From contig CAWJCS010000004.1 of the NCBI GenBank assembly GCA_963841435.1, positions 320,001 to 384,000 of the forward strand: a stretch of 64,000 nt of DNA, in the 5' to 3' direction. How positions within the stretch are numbered: the first letter of the stretch is position 1; each line of letters starts with the position of its first letter. The position numbers were made by a program, and so were the translations under genes. This document shows, one piece after another, positions 39,489-50,200 of the stretch. The notes beneath the pieces are model-generated. The model worked only from the letters and a program-made list of their open reading frames with translations, was not told the DNA's origin and searched no databases. This DNA is from an uncultured delta proteobacterium (lineage in GTDB: Bacteria > Myxococcota_A > Polyangia > Polyangiales > Polyangiaceae).

Positions 39489-41552
39489 ATGTTCAGTTGG
39501 TTGCGGGACCGAGGGCTTGTTGGGATGGGTGCGGCTACCGTGGCGGTTTCGCTCGCGGTCGCCGTCGCGTGTAGTGGCAAAAGCGATCCACCGGTTGGCG
39601 GGGGACAGACGGGGACGGGCGGTCGCGGAGCGCTTTCTACGGGCGGCACGGGCGGCGGTCGGAGTGGCAGCGGCGGCGCGGGCGGCACCTCGGGGTCGGG
39701 CAACATGGAAGCCGGAGCGGCCGGCGAGCCAGTCGTGCCCGGCGGGCCGATCGTCCAGATCACGAGCCCTGCCGCGCTCGGCAGCCCGTCGGATGGTGAC
39801 GTCCTCACCGCACCCGAGCTCACGGTGCTGTGTGAGGTGCGCGCCGATCCGAACGGCAGTGGCCTCAATGCGAGCACCGTCTTCATCGAGCTTCTGGATG
39901 CCGACGAGAACACCGTCGAGGAGGTTGCTGCCGCGCGAACCGGCGAGCCTGACGAATTCTCCGCTCGAGTGATCCTGACCAAGGTTCCCGACAACGGCCG
40001 CATCGGGTTTCGCTGCAGCGCCGCCGACAGCGGTTCCCCGGCGCTCACCGGCGTCGACACGGCGTGGAGCTTCGTCGACCACGGCCCCGAGATCGTCGTC
40101 ACGAGCCCGGTGCCGGACTCCGCGCACGCGCTACTCGGCGACGTGCGTTTCCGCTTCAGCGTGAATGCAGCGCCCGTGGCGAAGTCGGATTCCGAGGCGG
40201 CCGTAGACGACGTCACGCTGGAAATCGCAGGCGTTGGCATCGATCCCGGCAAGCCCGACAACGGCGACTACGACGTTTCCGTGGACCTCGCGGACACCAA
40301 TGTGTTCCCGGACACACCGAGCGGCACCGTGCCCGTCACCATCACGGCAACGAACAAGCGCAGCCCCGACCCCGCCGAGCGCGTCGTGAGCTACGGCTTC
40401 GTGATCGACGGGGAGGGACCGGACATCACCATTACTTCGCCGAAGAACGAGGCGGTCGTGGGGGGACAGGTTGCGCTGCGCTTTTCCGTGACGGACGCGC
40501 TCTCGGGGGTGGACGAAGCATCCGTTACGGTCGAGCTCAATGGGAAGGAGCACCGCTTCGGTGAGGGCGGCACGTGGTCGCACAACGGCGACGACTTCGT
40601 GTTCCTGTTCGACAGCACGCAGGCCGAGAAGGACTCCAAGATTCAGGCAACGCTGGTGATCCGTGCCAGCGACACGGTCGGCAATACGGCGTCGGGTGAA
40701 TCGCTGCTGCTCTATCTCGACAACATTCCACCTGTCGTCGATCTCGATCCACCCAATGTGCGTGAATCGAAACGCAACACCAACTCCGTGAACGGTACGG
40801 ATTGCTCCGCGTCGTTCGACCCGCTGGGTACGAAGCCGCCGAACGACTATCCGGACAGTGTGATACCAGCCGACACCATGAGCCCGTATTCCGTCCCGCG
40901 CGCCCAAATATTTCGGGCGCTCGTGTGGGAGCGCACCAACCAAATCCCCGGGCAGAGCATCCTCCGCTACTCGGGCACCAACGAGGATTCGGTTTTCATC
41001 TACATTCAACCGGCAGTCGCCACGCCGCTCCTCGTCGATACGACGAACGACGGGCAGTGCGACGAGCTGGCGGTCTCCGGTCTGCAGTTTCAGCACATGA
41101 AGGCACTCACCCCGGCGGGGGCGGCCTGGTACGACGATGTCGATTCCACGAAGGTTCCGGACACGACTTCGGAATGCTCGCTGCTGAATCAGAACGAGCC
41201 TGCGCACCTCTGCACGAGCCAGGTGTCCGACATGACGCGCGTGATTGCTCACGAGATCGAGGGCCATCCCCCCGTCATCTACGCACTAGGACAGCTCAAC
41301 CCTGGCATCGCGTGCACGGGGACTGACTGGGAGATCGGTTCGATCGCGCCCGAGGGTTGGGTGTGCCTCGCGGCCCGCGCCGTTGACAATGCGGGTAACG
41401 TCGGCATTTCGCCGCCACTGGCACTTTGCTACGACGACCCGGACACTTCGGCGCAGCCGTCGTGCGCCACCACGAAGGAGACGCCTCCGGATTGCACCGA
41501 CGGGTGCTTGCCGCCAGTTGGCTTCACAGCGCGCATTCTGGCCCCGCCCTGA
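39489..41552 (+). CDS. Large surface lipoprotein with Ig-like repeats and Cys-rich C-terminus
   Basis: Lipobox AVAC, Gly-rich linker, repeated GP.I.(I/V)TSP starts of beta-sandwich units, many C-terminal Cys. Confidence 0.75.
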   Translation: MFSWLRDRGLVGMGAATVAVSLAVAVACSGKSDPPVGGGQTGTGGRGALSTGGTGGGRSGSGGAGGTSGSGNMEAGAAGEPVVPGGPIVQITSPAALGSPSDGDVLTAPELTVLCEVRADPNGSGLNASTVFIELLDADENTVEEVAAARTGEPDEFSARVILTKVPDNGRIGFRCSAADSGSPALTGVDTAWSFVDHGPEIVVTSPVPDSAHALLGDVRFRFSVNAAPVAKSDSEAAVDDVTLEIAGVGIDPGKPDNGDYDVSVDLADTNVFPDTPSGTVPVTITATNKRSPDPAERVVSYGFVIDGEGPDITITSPKNEAVVGGQVALRFSVTDALSGVDEASVTVELNGKEHRFGEGGTWSHNGDDFVFLFDSTQAEKDSKIQATLVIRASDTVGNTASGESLLLYLDNIPPVVDLDPPNVRESKRNTNSVNGTDCSASFDPLGTKPPNDYPDSVIPADTMSPYSVPRAQIFRALVWERTNQIPGQSILRYSGTNEDSVFIYIQPAVATPLLVDTTNDGQCDELAVSGLQFQHMKALTPAGAAWYDDVDSTKVPDTTSECSLLNQNEPAHLCTSQVSDMTRVIAHEIEGHPPVIYALGQLNPGIACTGTDWEIGSIAPEGWVCLAARAVDNAGNVGISPPLALCYDDPDTSAQPSCATTKETPPDCTDGCLPPVGFTARILAPP

Positions 41553-41566
41553 GAGCTGCACGGTTC

Positions 41567-42256
41567 GTGTCAACGCCCGCCCTCCCGTTTTCCGCCTTGC
41601 GCCGCGAAGCCGTCGCCATGGCGCGCCAGTGGCGGCTGCTCCCGCTGGGCCTCGGCACGATTGTCCCATCGACGCACGCCTCGGACATCGTCGTTCTCGC
41701 GCACGGCTTTCTCGCGACGGCCGGCGTGCTGCGCCCGCTCGCCGAACGGCTCGAGCGCGAGACGGGCGCGCGGGTCGCTTCGTTCACCCACGTTCCGGGT
41801 GAGGGCGTCGAGCGCATCGCGGCGCGCATCGCCGCGCTCGTCGCGCAGCTGCCGGGTGCCACTGAGCGGCTCCACCTCGTTGGGCACAGTATCGGGGGCC
41901 TCGCGGCGCGCCACTACGCGACCGGCCCCACGGCGGATCCGCGCATCGTGCAGACGATCTCGATCGCGAGCCCATTCTCGGGCGTGCGCCGAGCCTCGCT
42001 GTTTCCTGGTCAGCTCGGCCGCGACCTCGACCCGGAGGCCCGGCTGCTCGCTCGCCTGCGCGCGGGGATCGGACGCGGCGTGCCCCATTTTTGCGTGGCG
42101 GGAAGCCACGACGTCGTGGTCGAAGGAGGCGCGCTCTTGCCCTCGGCCGAGCGGCTGCTCGCGCCTGGCTGTGGCCACAACGCCGTCTTGTACGACCCGC
42201 TCGTCGAGGGCGAAATCGTCGCGCGCGTGCGGAGAGCGGGCGGCCGCGGGCTTTGA
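41567..42256 (+). CDS. Alpha/beta-hydrolase (lipase/esterase)
   Basis: AHGF oxyanion motif, GHSIGG nucleophile elbow, D (SHDVV) and H (GHN). Confidence 0.85.
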   Translation: MSTPALPFSALRREAVAMARQWRLLPLGLGTIVPSTHASDIVVLAHGFLATAGVLRPLAERLERETGARVASFTHVPGEGVERIAARIAALVAQLPGATERLHLVGHSIGGLAARHYATGPTADPRIVQTISIASPFSGVRRASLFPGQLGRDLDPEARLLARLRAGIGRGVPHFCVAGSHDVVVEGGALLPSAERLLAPGCGHNAVLYDPLVEGEIVARVRRAGGRGL

Positions 42257-42288
42257 ACGGCCGGCGTCCCGTGGTACGCGGGCGCGCC

Positions 42289-42828
42289 GTGCCGCAGCTG
42301 TCTCGCGTCCTCTCGCTTCTCGCCGCCACCGTCGTGCTCGGCGTCGCGCTGCCGGCGCGCGCCGACGTTTCGTCGTGGATCGGCGTGCAGGCCGGGCCCA
42401 CCTGGATCGACGAGGGGAAGGGCGCGTACACGGTGCCGTCGCTGAAGCTCACGACGGGCATCGGCACGGCGCCGGGAGACCTGCTCGCGGCGGGTGGTCT
42501 TTTCCACGTCGAGCCGCAGTTCGGCAAGGGCGTGGACCTCGGCTTGCTCGCGCGGCTCGCGACGCGCGGCTACGTGCTCGGTGACTTCGGGCTCGCGCTC
42601 GACCTCGGCGGCTACGAGCGCTTCTGGGGCGTCCGCTCGGCGGGCGGTCTCGGCGCGCTCACCTTCGGCGCGCCGTGGGGCCTCATCCTGAGCGTAGACG
42701 GTGGCATCGGAACGAACGACGCCCACCACTTCGGCGTCACGTTCGGTGTGGACTTCGCGCGGCTCACCATTTACCGGACGACCGGCAAGAACTGGATGCC
42801 GAACCCGAAGCCGGTGTTCGAGCGCTAG
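42289..42828 (+). CDS. Small secreted / outer-membrane beta-rich protein
   Basis: Signal peptide ending ARA-D; amphipathic beta strands. Confidence 0.65.
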   Translation: MPQLSRVLSLLAATVVLGVALPARADVSSWIGVQAGPTWIDEGKGAYTVPSLKLTTGIGTAPGDLLAAGGLFHVEPQFGKGVDLGLLARLATRGYVLGDFGLALDLGGYERFWGVRSAGGLGALTFGAPWGLILSVDGGIGTNDAHHFGVTFGVDFARLTIYRTTGKNWMPNPKPVFER

Positions 42829-42860
42829 GGTCCCGAGTCCGCCGCGACGGCGCCTTCACG

Positions 42861-44216
42861 TCACACGCGGGCGAGCGCGTCCACGAGCCGATCGAGGTCC
42901 TCTCGGCGGTGTTTCTCGGTGACGGCGACGAGCAGGCGGTCGCCCAGCGCGGGGCTCGTGCGGCCGAGGTCGAATCCGGCGATGATGTGCTCGGCTTCGA
43001 GCTTTTCGCACACGCGCGCCGCGCTGCCGCCCCGCACGCGCACCGTGAACTCGTTGAAGTACGGCGCGGCCTCGAAGCCCGGCGCGTAGCCCGGCAGGGA
43101 CACGATGCGGTCGAACAGGTACTTGGTTTTCGCGAGGCAGCGCTCGGCGACCGCGACGAACCCCGTCTTGCCGAGCAGCGTCGCGCGGATCGTGAGCGCC
43201 AGCGCCAAAAGGCCCTGATTGGTGCAGATGTTGCTCGTCGCGCGCTCGCGGCGGATGTGCTGTTCGCGCGTCGAGAGCGTCAACACGTAGCCACGCTCGC
43301 CCCGCACGTCGACCGTCTCGCCGCACACGCGGCCCGGTAGCTGCTGCAGGTACGCTCGGTCGTCGTGACAGGCGAAGAGGCCCACGCCTGGACCGCCGAG
43401 CTGCGGCGGGCAGGCGAGGGGCTGGCCCTCGCCGACGGCGATGTCCGCGCCGAGGGCACCGGGCGGCGCCGCGAGCGCGAGAGCGTAGGGATCACCGACG
43501 GCCGCGATCAAAAGAGCGCCTTTTTGGTGAGCCAGCTCCGCGGCGGGCCTCAGGTCGGCGAGCCCGCCGTAAAAGCTCGGATAGCCGACGACGACGGCGG
43601 CCGTCGCGTCGTCGATGGCGTCCGCGAGGGCGGCAAGGCTCAGCGTACCGTCGGCGCCCACGGGCGTTTCCAGCGTCGATTGCTCGCTCCGACCGGCGAG
43701 GTACGTGCGCGCCGTCGCCCGGTAGTCAGGGTGCACGCAGCCGCTCAGCACGACCCTGGAGCGCTTGGTGAGGCGGCAGGCCATGAGCGCGGCCTCGGCC
43801 GTGGCGCTCGCGCCGTCGTAAAGGCTCGCGTTCGCGAGCGGCAGCCCGAAAAGCTCGCTCACGATGGTTTGGAACTCGAAAATGACCTGCAGCGTTCCTT
43901 GCGCCACCTCGGGCTGATACGGCGTGTACGCCGTGTAAAACTCGCTGCGAAGCAGGAGCTGGTCGACAGCCGGAGGGATGTGATGGTCGTAGATGCCGCC
44001 GCCGAGAAACGACAGCATCGTGGCGCCCGTGTTCGCCTCGGCGAGCTCCGCCATGTGAGCCATGAGGCTCGGCTCGTCGAGGGCCGGCGGCACGGCGAGC
44101 GGCTCGCGGCGCCGAACGCTGTCGGGAATGGTGTCGAACAACGCGTTGACGTTCGGCTGGCCGATGACGCCGAGCATCTCGGCGACCTCTTCGGGCGTGT
44201 GCGGCAGATAGCGCAT
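42861..44216 (-). CDS. gcvPA: Glycine dehydrogenase subunit A
   Basis: MRYLPHT, EFYTAYTPYQPEVAQG, NASLYDGASA and REQHIRRERATSNICTNQ motifs. Confidence 0.96.
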   Translation of the reverse strand: MRYLPHTPEEVAEMLGVIGQPNVNALFDTIPDSVRRREPLAVPPALDEPSLMAHMAELAEANTGATMLSFLGGGIYDHHIPPAVDQLLLRSEFYTAYTPYQPEVAQGTLQVIFEFQTIVSELFGLPLANASLYDGASATAEAALMACRLTKRSRVVLSGCVHPDYRATARTYLAGRSEQSTLETPVGADGTLSLAALADAIDDATAAVVVGYPSFYGGLADLRPAAELAHQKGALLIAAVGDPYALALAAPPGALGADIAVGEGQPLACPPQLGGPGVGLFACHDDRAYLQQLPGRVCGETVDVRGERGYVLTLSTREQHIRRERATSNICTNQGLLALALTIRATLLGKTGFVAVAERCLAKTKYLFDRIVSLPGYAPGFEAAPYFNEFTVRVRGGSAARVCEKLEAEHIIAGFDLGRTSPALGDRLLVAVTEKHRREDLDRLVDALARV

Positions 44217-44230
44217 CGAGTGCCCGGCGC

Positions 44231-44635
44231 TCAGTGCGCGGCCGCCGCGAGGTGGGCGCCGTAGCCTGGTGCGTCGAGCAGCGCACCCGCCTCGTCGGCG
44301 AGCCGGCTCGGACGGATGGCGACCATCCAGCCCTTCTCCCAGGGGTCCTCGTTGACGAGCTCGGGCTCGTTCTCGAGCTTGGCGTTGATGCGCGTGATGA
44401 CGCCGCTCACCGGCGCGAAGAGGTCGCTCAAGGTCTTCACGCTCTCGATGGTGCCGAAGGTCTTGTGCGCTTCCACGCTGTCGCCGACCTTCACGTCCAG
44501 GCTGATGAGCGTGACGTCCCCGAGCTGCTCGACGGCGAACGCGGTGATCCCGATCACGAGCTCGTCGCCCTCCGTCTTCGCCCACTCGTGGTCCGTCGTG
44601 TACTTCCGATCGTCCTTGATCTCGCTTGCGCTCAT
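44231..44635 (-). CDS. gcvH: Glycine cleavage H protein
   Basis: YTTDHEW, GITAFA, IESVK (lipoyl Lys) and APVSG motifs. Confidence 0.96.
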   Translation of the reverse strand: MSASEIKDDRKYTTDHEWAKTEGDELVIGITAFAVEQLGDVTLISLDVKVGDSVEAHKTFGTIESVKTLSDLFAPVSGVITRINAKLENEPELVNEDPWEKGWMVAIRPSRLADEAGALLDAPGYGAHLAAAAH

Positions 44636-44702
44636 GGTGCTCCCTAAGCTTATCGCTCTTGTCGATCGCGATCTGCTCGTGCCAAAGCCTGTTCTCGTAC
44701 CG

Positions 44703-45797
44703 TTAGCCCGGACGCTTGTAAAATGGCGTGCTCACGACGGCCGCCTCGATGGGCTTTCCTCGGCAATCGACCAGAAACGTGCTGCCCACCTGGCTGCGAT
44801 CGACCGGCAGGTAGCCTAGACCGATGTTCTTTTTGAGCGTGGGTGAGGGCGAGCCGGAGGTGCAGATCCCGATCCGCTCGCCCTGGTCGTTCAGCAGGGG
44901 GTAGCCGTGCCGGGCGATACCGCGGCCCCGCATCTCGAACCCGACCAGCTTGCGCGAAAGCCCGTGCGCCTTGACCTCGACGAGGGCAAGACTGCCGAGG
45001 AAGGTCCGGCCCTCGAGCTTGACGGTCCAGCCGAGGCCGGCCTCGAGCGGATTGGTCGTATCGTCGATGTCGTTGCCGTAGAGCGAGAGGCGCGCCTCGA
45101 GCCGGAGGGTATCGCGCGCCCCGAGCCCCACGGGCTCGAGGCCTTCGCCGCGTCCCGCGTCGATGAGCGCCCGGAAGAGCGCCGATGCGAGCCCCCAGGG
45201 GGCAAACAGCTCGACGCCGTCCTCGCCGGTGTAGCCCGTGCGCGCGATGGTGCAGGGGACCCCGGCAACCTCGGCGTCCCGGAAGCGGAAGCTCTTGAGC
45301 TCGGTCGCCACGTTGACGTTCGCACCGGCCGCCCGGAGCACGGCGAGCGCGCGCGGGCCCTGCAGGGCGAGGAGCGCGGTTTCGGCGCTCGCGTCGCGAA
45401 ACCCGCACCGCCCCGCGGCGGCCCGTTCGAAGTGCTGAGCCATCTTGTCGCGGTTGGATGCGTTGCAAACGACGAGCAAATGCTCGGAGCTTCGGCGGTA
45501 GACGATGAGGTCGTCCTCGATCGTTCCGCGCTCGTTGCAGGCGCAGGTGTAGAGCGCCTGGCCGTCGGCCGCGCGCCTTGCGTCGTTGGTGATGAGGCCG
45601 TCGACGACGTCGAGCGCGCCCGCCCCCGTGAGCTCGAGCTCCCCCATGTGGGAGACGTTGAAGAGCCCGGCACGCTCTCGCACCGCCCGATGCTCCTCTA
45701 CGATGCTGCGGTACTGGATCGGCATCTCCCAGCCCGCGAAAGGGACCAGGCGGGCGCCGAGCGCTACATGGTCGTCGTAGAGCGGGGTCTTTTGCAT
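44703..45797 (-). CDS. gcvT: Glycine cleavage aminomethyltransferase T
   Basis: KTPL, FAGWEMPIQY, VSHMG, RTGYTGEDG and GLGARDTLRLEA motifs. Confidence 0.96.
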   Translation of the reverse strand: MQKTPLYDDHVALGARLVPFAGWEMPIQYRSIVEEHRAVRERAGLFNVSHMGELELTGAGALDVVDGLITNDARRAADGQALYTCACNERGTIEDDLIVYRRSSEHLLVVCNASNRDKMAQHFERAAAGRCGFRDASAETALLALQGPRALAVLRAAGANVNVATELKSFRFRDAEVAGVPCTIARTGYTGEDGVELFAPWGLASALFRALIDAGRGEGLEPVGLGARDTLRLEARLSLYGNDIDDTTNPLEAGLGWTVKLEGRTFLGSLALVEVKAHGLSRKLVGFEMRGRGIARHGYPLLNDQGERIGICTSGSPSPTLKKNIGLGYLPVDRSQVGSTFLVDCRGKPIEAAVVSTPFYKRPG

Positions 45798-45919
45798 GGG
45801 TGACCCCGGGGCGTAGACCGAGCGCCGGCGTGCGACAATCCCCGCGAGGCCGGACGGGGTGCCGGCCGGTGATCCGCGGAATTTCACGGGAAACCCCACG
45901 GCATGCTACTTTTCGCCGG

Positions 45920-46672
45920 GTGTCCCGCGGCCGAGTGCTGATCATCGAGCCCGACGAATGGCTCGCGGCCCTCCTGGCGAAGTTCCTGGGGGACGCGGGC
46001 TACGCGGTCGAGCTCGCCTCGACGGCGCGCGAAGGCTTCGACCGCATCCGTGAGCTCGGGCCCGACTGCATTCTTTGCGACGTGACGTTGCCCGACATCG
46101 ACGGCTTCTGGGTCGCGCGGCGCGTGCGGACGGAGCCCTCGTCGATCGCGACCACGCCGTTCCTCTTTCTCACCGAGGAAAAGGATACCGAGTCGCGCCT
46201 CCAGGGCCTGCACGTCGGTGCCGACCTCTACATGACGAAGCCCTTCCGCAACGACGAGGTCGTTGCACAGGTCGGCGCGCTCATCGAGATGGCCAAGCGC
46301 CTCAAGAACACGCTCGCTTCCGACGGCCCCGCGTCGAGCCGCGACAGCGCGTTCCAGGGTGACATCGCGCAGCTCTCGCCTTCGACGATCCTCACGCTGC
46401 TCGAGCTCGAGCGACGGACCGGCACGCTCAAGGTCAAGGCGGAAGACGGGCGCCGCGCACAGATCGACTTGGCCGACGGCACGTTCGTAGGCGGTACGCT
46501 CGACGGTCAGCCGGGGCAGCCGACCGACGTTTTGCGTGAGGTCTTGCGCTGGAAGCGGGGGTCGTTCTCGTTCAAGCCTCTCGCCGATGGATCCGAGCCG
46601 CACGTGGGGCGCCAGAACCTCGGCGGCCTGATGCTCGAGGCCATGCGGCTCGAGGACGAATCGCACCGCTGA
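45920..46672 (+). CDS. Response regulator with C-terminal DUF4388 (PATAN-like) domain
   Basis: REC domain (ILCDVTLPDIDG, FLT, KPF) plus FQGDIAQL...RRTGTLKV...W..GSFSF. Confidence 0.85.
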   Translation: MSRGRVLIIEPDEWLAALLAKFLGDAGYAVELASTAREGFDRIRELGPDCILCDVTLPDIDGFWVARRVRTEPSSIATTPFLFLTEEKDTESRLQGLHVGADLYMTKPFRNDEVVAQVGALIEMAKRLKNTLASDGPASSRDSAFQGDIAQLSPSTILTLLELERRTGTLKVKAEDGRRAQIDLADGTFVGGTLDGQPGQPTDVLREVLRWKRGSFSFKPLADGSEPHVGRQNLGGLMLEAMRLEDESHR

Positions 46673-46682
46673 CGCGCCCGGC

Positions 46683-47234
46683 TCAGCGAAGCTGGCTGGG
46701 ATCGAGCGGGCGTCCGTCGGGCGCGCGTCCCGCCTGACGCCAACGATCAGCCTCGGTCATCGTCGCGGGCCCGTTCCTGCCGTGCGGGGTGATGTCTCGA
46801 ACGACGAGCTGGGTCGGTCGGCCGTCGCCGGCGATGACCTCGATCTCGTAGCGGCGCTCGGGGGCACCGCCGTGGATGCGCGCGCCGGGGAACACCGTGC
46901 GTGCGGCGCCGATCTCGACGTGCTCGATGTTGACGCGGTCCTTCACGTAGTTGGCGAGCGCTTCGGGTCGCACGTTGCCCTCGAGGAACGCCGAGCGGTC
47001 GAACGCGCCCTTGATGCGCATGCCCTCCGGCACGGGCAACCCGAACACCTGCCCGAGACCCGGTGCGAGCTCGCCCGGTTCGAGGCGGTCGAGGGGCTTC
47101 GCGCTCGCCGTCGGCTTGGGCACGGGCTTCGTCGGGGACGGCGACGGCGAACGGCAGGCGATCGGCGCGAAGAACGCGAACGCGCAAAGGCTCGCGAGGG
47201 CGCGGCCGCGCGGGCGCTCGGGGGCGTAGGTCAC
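46683..47234 (-). CDS. Hypothetical lipoprotein coupled to pilY1
   Basis: Lipobox PIAC; its start overlaps the pilY1 stop (GTGA). Confidence 0.7.
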   Translation of the reverse strand: MTYAPERPRGRALASLCAFAFFAPIACRSPSPSPTKPVPKPTASAKPLDRLEPGELAPGLGQVFGLPVPEGMRIKGAFDRSAFLEGNVRPEALANYVKDRVNIEHVEIGAARTVFPGARIHGGAPERRYEIEVIAGDGRPTQLVVRDITPHGRNGPATMTEADRWRQAGRAPDGRPLDPSQLR

Positions 47235-50200
47235 TCGTCGATGCTAGCCCAGGCGGAGGTATAGGAAAGGGCCGGCGGCTGCGCGAGGTCGATGACCGCG
47301 GAGTTCGTCTGCGCCCCCGAAACGCTCGTGCTGCTCGTGCCGGAGCCGGTGTGCATGACGAGCTGGAAGCCCCCGGAGCTGAGCTGGGAAATCTGGTGCT
47401 GGCCCCGGAAGCCGAGCACGTCGTCGCCCAGGCTGTCGGCGATCTCCGTGTAGCAGCTCGGCTGCTGAACCAGGGAGACCCCGTAGATGACGGTATCGGT
47501 GTTGCTGCCGCCGAGGATCGTCTGCGCGTCCTTGTAGGGTGTCGAAGCGTTCGGAAAGTCCGCCACGGCCGAGCCGCCGAGGTCGAGGTTCGCGGTGTCC
47601 TCGGGCTCGATGTAGTTCATGCCCCAGACGCGGCTCGTGCCACTCTTGCAGGTCGAGGTGCCGGCTTCCGGGAGGAAGGTAGCGAAATAGAGCGCCCGGT
47701 TGAAGACGACCATGGGCCCGAGCACGCGCTCGCCGTTGTCGAGCGGCTGGTACCACGCGACCTCGGTCGCGCCGCCGGCGTCCTTGAGCGCGTAGACGTA
47801 GTTCTGGGTGTTGGGGGATGGACCGAGCTGGCCCTGGCTGCCACTCGCGACATTGAGCGTGAGGTTGCCGAACTCGTTGACCGAGAGCGCGGGCGGAAGA
47901 TCCAGCGGCTGCCCCTCGGAGAAGTCGTGGCCCGCTGCGCTTCCGAAGTTCGCCGGATACAGATCGAAGAAGAGCTCCATGGTCCAGTCGGCTGGCTTTC
48001 TCGCCGAGAGGTTGACCTTCCAGAGCCGGCCCTCGGCGTCGCCCACGTAGACGCGATCCGCGACGGTGCCGACCAGTGCTGGAAACGCAACCGGGCGTCC
48101 GGTGATCGGCGCATCGAGGTCGACCTCGGTGACGCGCGACCTGAGCTCGGCGAGAACCTCGTTCTGGTCCTGGCGGAACGTCCGGATGATTTCGCCCGTA
48201 TCGAGCCGGACGATCGTGAGTGAGCGGGCGCCGATTTCGTTGTTGCCGCTGCCGTAGTCGTAGCAGTGCACGCGCCCGCGCGGCGGGAACGCCGCGTCGA
48301 TGTTGGAGGAGGTGTACGTACGCGGTGTCGCCGGGCAGCCGGAGCCCGACGTGACCCGCGTGCCACCGGGGCCGCCCGGCAGCACCGCCACGGGGATCTC
48401 GCGGGGCGCGTTGCCGCCGCTCGGGTCGAAGAAGAGGGTCGTGATGGTCGGCGTGCTGCCGCCGCGCCCGAACAGCGGGTCACCGTTCTTGTCGTGTGTG
48501 AGCTGCCAAAGCAACCGCGGTCCGCCCTTGGTGAGATCCGTGGGGTTCGCCGCGTCGGGCACGGGATCGGTCACGTCGACCGCGAAATACCCGCTGTGCT
48601 CGCCGCCGAAGCTCTGCGCGAGGACGGCGCGCCAGGTGCCGGCACCCGATTGGGCGTCGGTCGCCGACCGCTCGAACACGGTGGGCAGCGTGTTGGCGAG
48701 CGCGGGCTCGACGGCGACGACCTCCGAGATCGTGGGAATGCCGTCGAGTAGCAGCTGATGGTTGTAAGGGTAGAGGTGGTAGAGGTTCGGCAGCACGGCG
48801 GGCGGGAACAGTGCCCAGAGCTCGTTGCTCGCAGCGTCGTTGCGCACCATCAGGTCGTCGTCGGAAAAGTCCGCCGGGTCGTTCGACGTGACGCGGAACG
48901 CGTGCAGCATGCCGTCGTTCGTTGACGTGTAGAGCACCGTCGGGCGTGTGGCCTGGAGCAAGGCGTAGCGCGCGTACGATTCGTCTCGCAGCGCCGAGGC
49001 TGCCTTGCCGAGCACCTGCGGTGTCGAGTGATAGATGTCGCCGATGAGATCGCAGGTCCCGGCTCCAGGGCAGCGGTGGCTACCGCTCGGGCCGCTGAGG
49101 CCGAGCACCCATTCGAGGTACTGATCGCGGCACTGGGACGCCGTGAGCGAGACGCCCCCGAGCGTCACGCAGCTCGCCGTCGGGACGGCGAGCGCGGCCG
49201 GCGGCAGCGCCGCCACGAAGTTCGCGGAGGTACCGGCCTGCACGCGCCCCACGTAGGTGCCCACGCCGTCCGGGTCCGTGCTGCCAATCCCAGGGCGCAT
49301 GCTCTCCGCAGAGAGCACGGGGTCGCTCGACGTCGCGCCGCCGACGTACGTGTAGAGCAGCCGCTGAGCGGGCCCGGCCTTGTTGACGTTGTGGACGAAG
49401 TCGTCGCCCTTCGAGGTGTCGAGCACCTGGGGCCAGGGGACGCCCATGTGGCTCGGATCGGAGCAGCTGAAGCGCTCGCGCTCGAGGATGCCGCTCCAGG
49501 CCGTCAGCGTGCCAGGCTGGAAGGACGTGAAGAAGCGGAACGAGCCCCCGCTGCCGCCGCCGGCGACGACCGGCTGGGTGCGGCTCGTGCTCGGCACCGA
49601 GCTGCTCAAGAGGGCGGAGATCTGGCTGCGGAGCTGGAGCTTGTTGCTCGCGAAGAGCGCCTGGCCGCCGCCAGCCACGGCGATCTGCACGAGCGAGCAA
49701 CACGCTTGAAGCGGCAAGTTGTTCGCAAGGAGTGCGGGGGTGCAGTACGTGGAAATCGGGGTCGCTGACGCCGCGAGGGACGAGCAGGTGACGTTGGGCG
49801 TCCCGGGGTTGTTGTCCTCGTCAACGCTATCGAGCGCAAAGCCGACGACGTGAGTGGTGATCTCGTGGTTGGTGTAAAGGTCCCCGGCGATCTCTTCCGG
49901 CGTCAGGAACGGGCACTTTCCGGCCGGCGTCTCCACGCCAGGCTCGCAGTACGGCCTGAGGTCCATGTTGGGCTGGCCGTCGGTGAGCAGGATGATGCTC
50001 TGCGTGCGGCCGCAGCTGAGGAACGGATCCTGCCAGGGGCCGAAGTCGGCCGCCGGATCGGAGACCAACAGGCTCGACGGATTGCGATCGGGGTCGGTGC
50101 TCTTGTCGTTGACGAAGAAATCCTCGGCGTCCTGCAGCATTCCGGCGATCGGCGTGGCGCCGTACGGCCGCGTGCCGAGCAGGACGTCCTGGATGTGGCT

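Noticed and set aside
45798..45919. Glycine riboswitch upstream of gcvT
   Set aside because: The divergent spacer is short and has no recognisable aptamer consensus.
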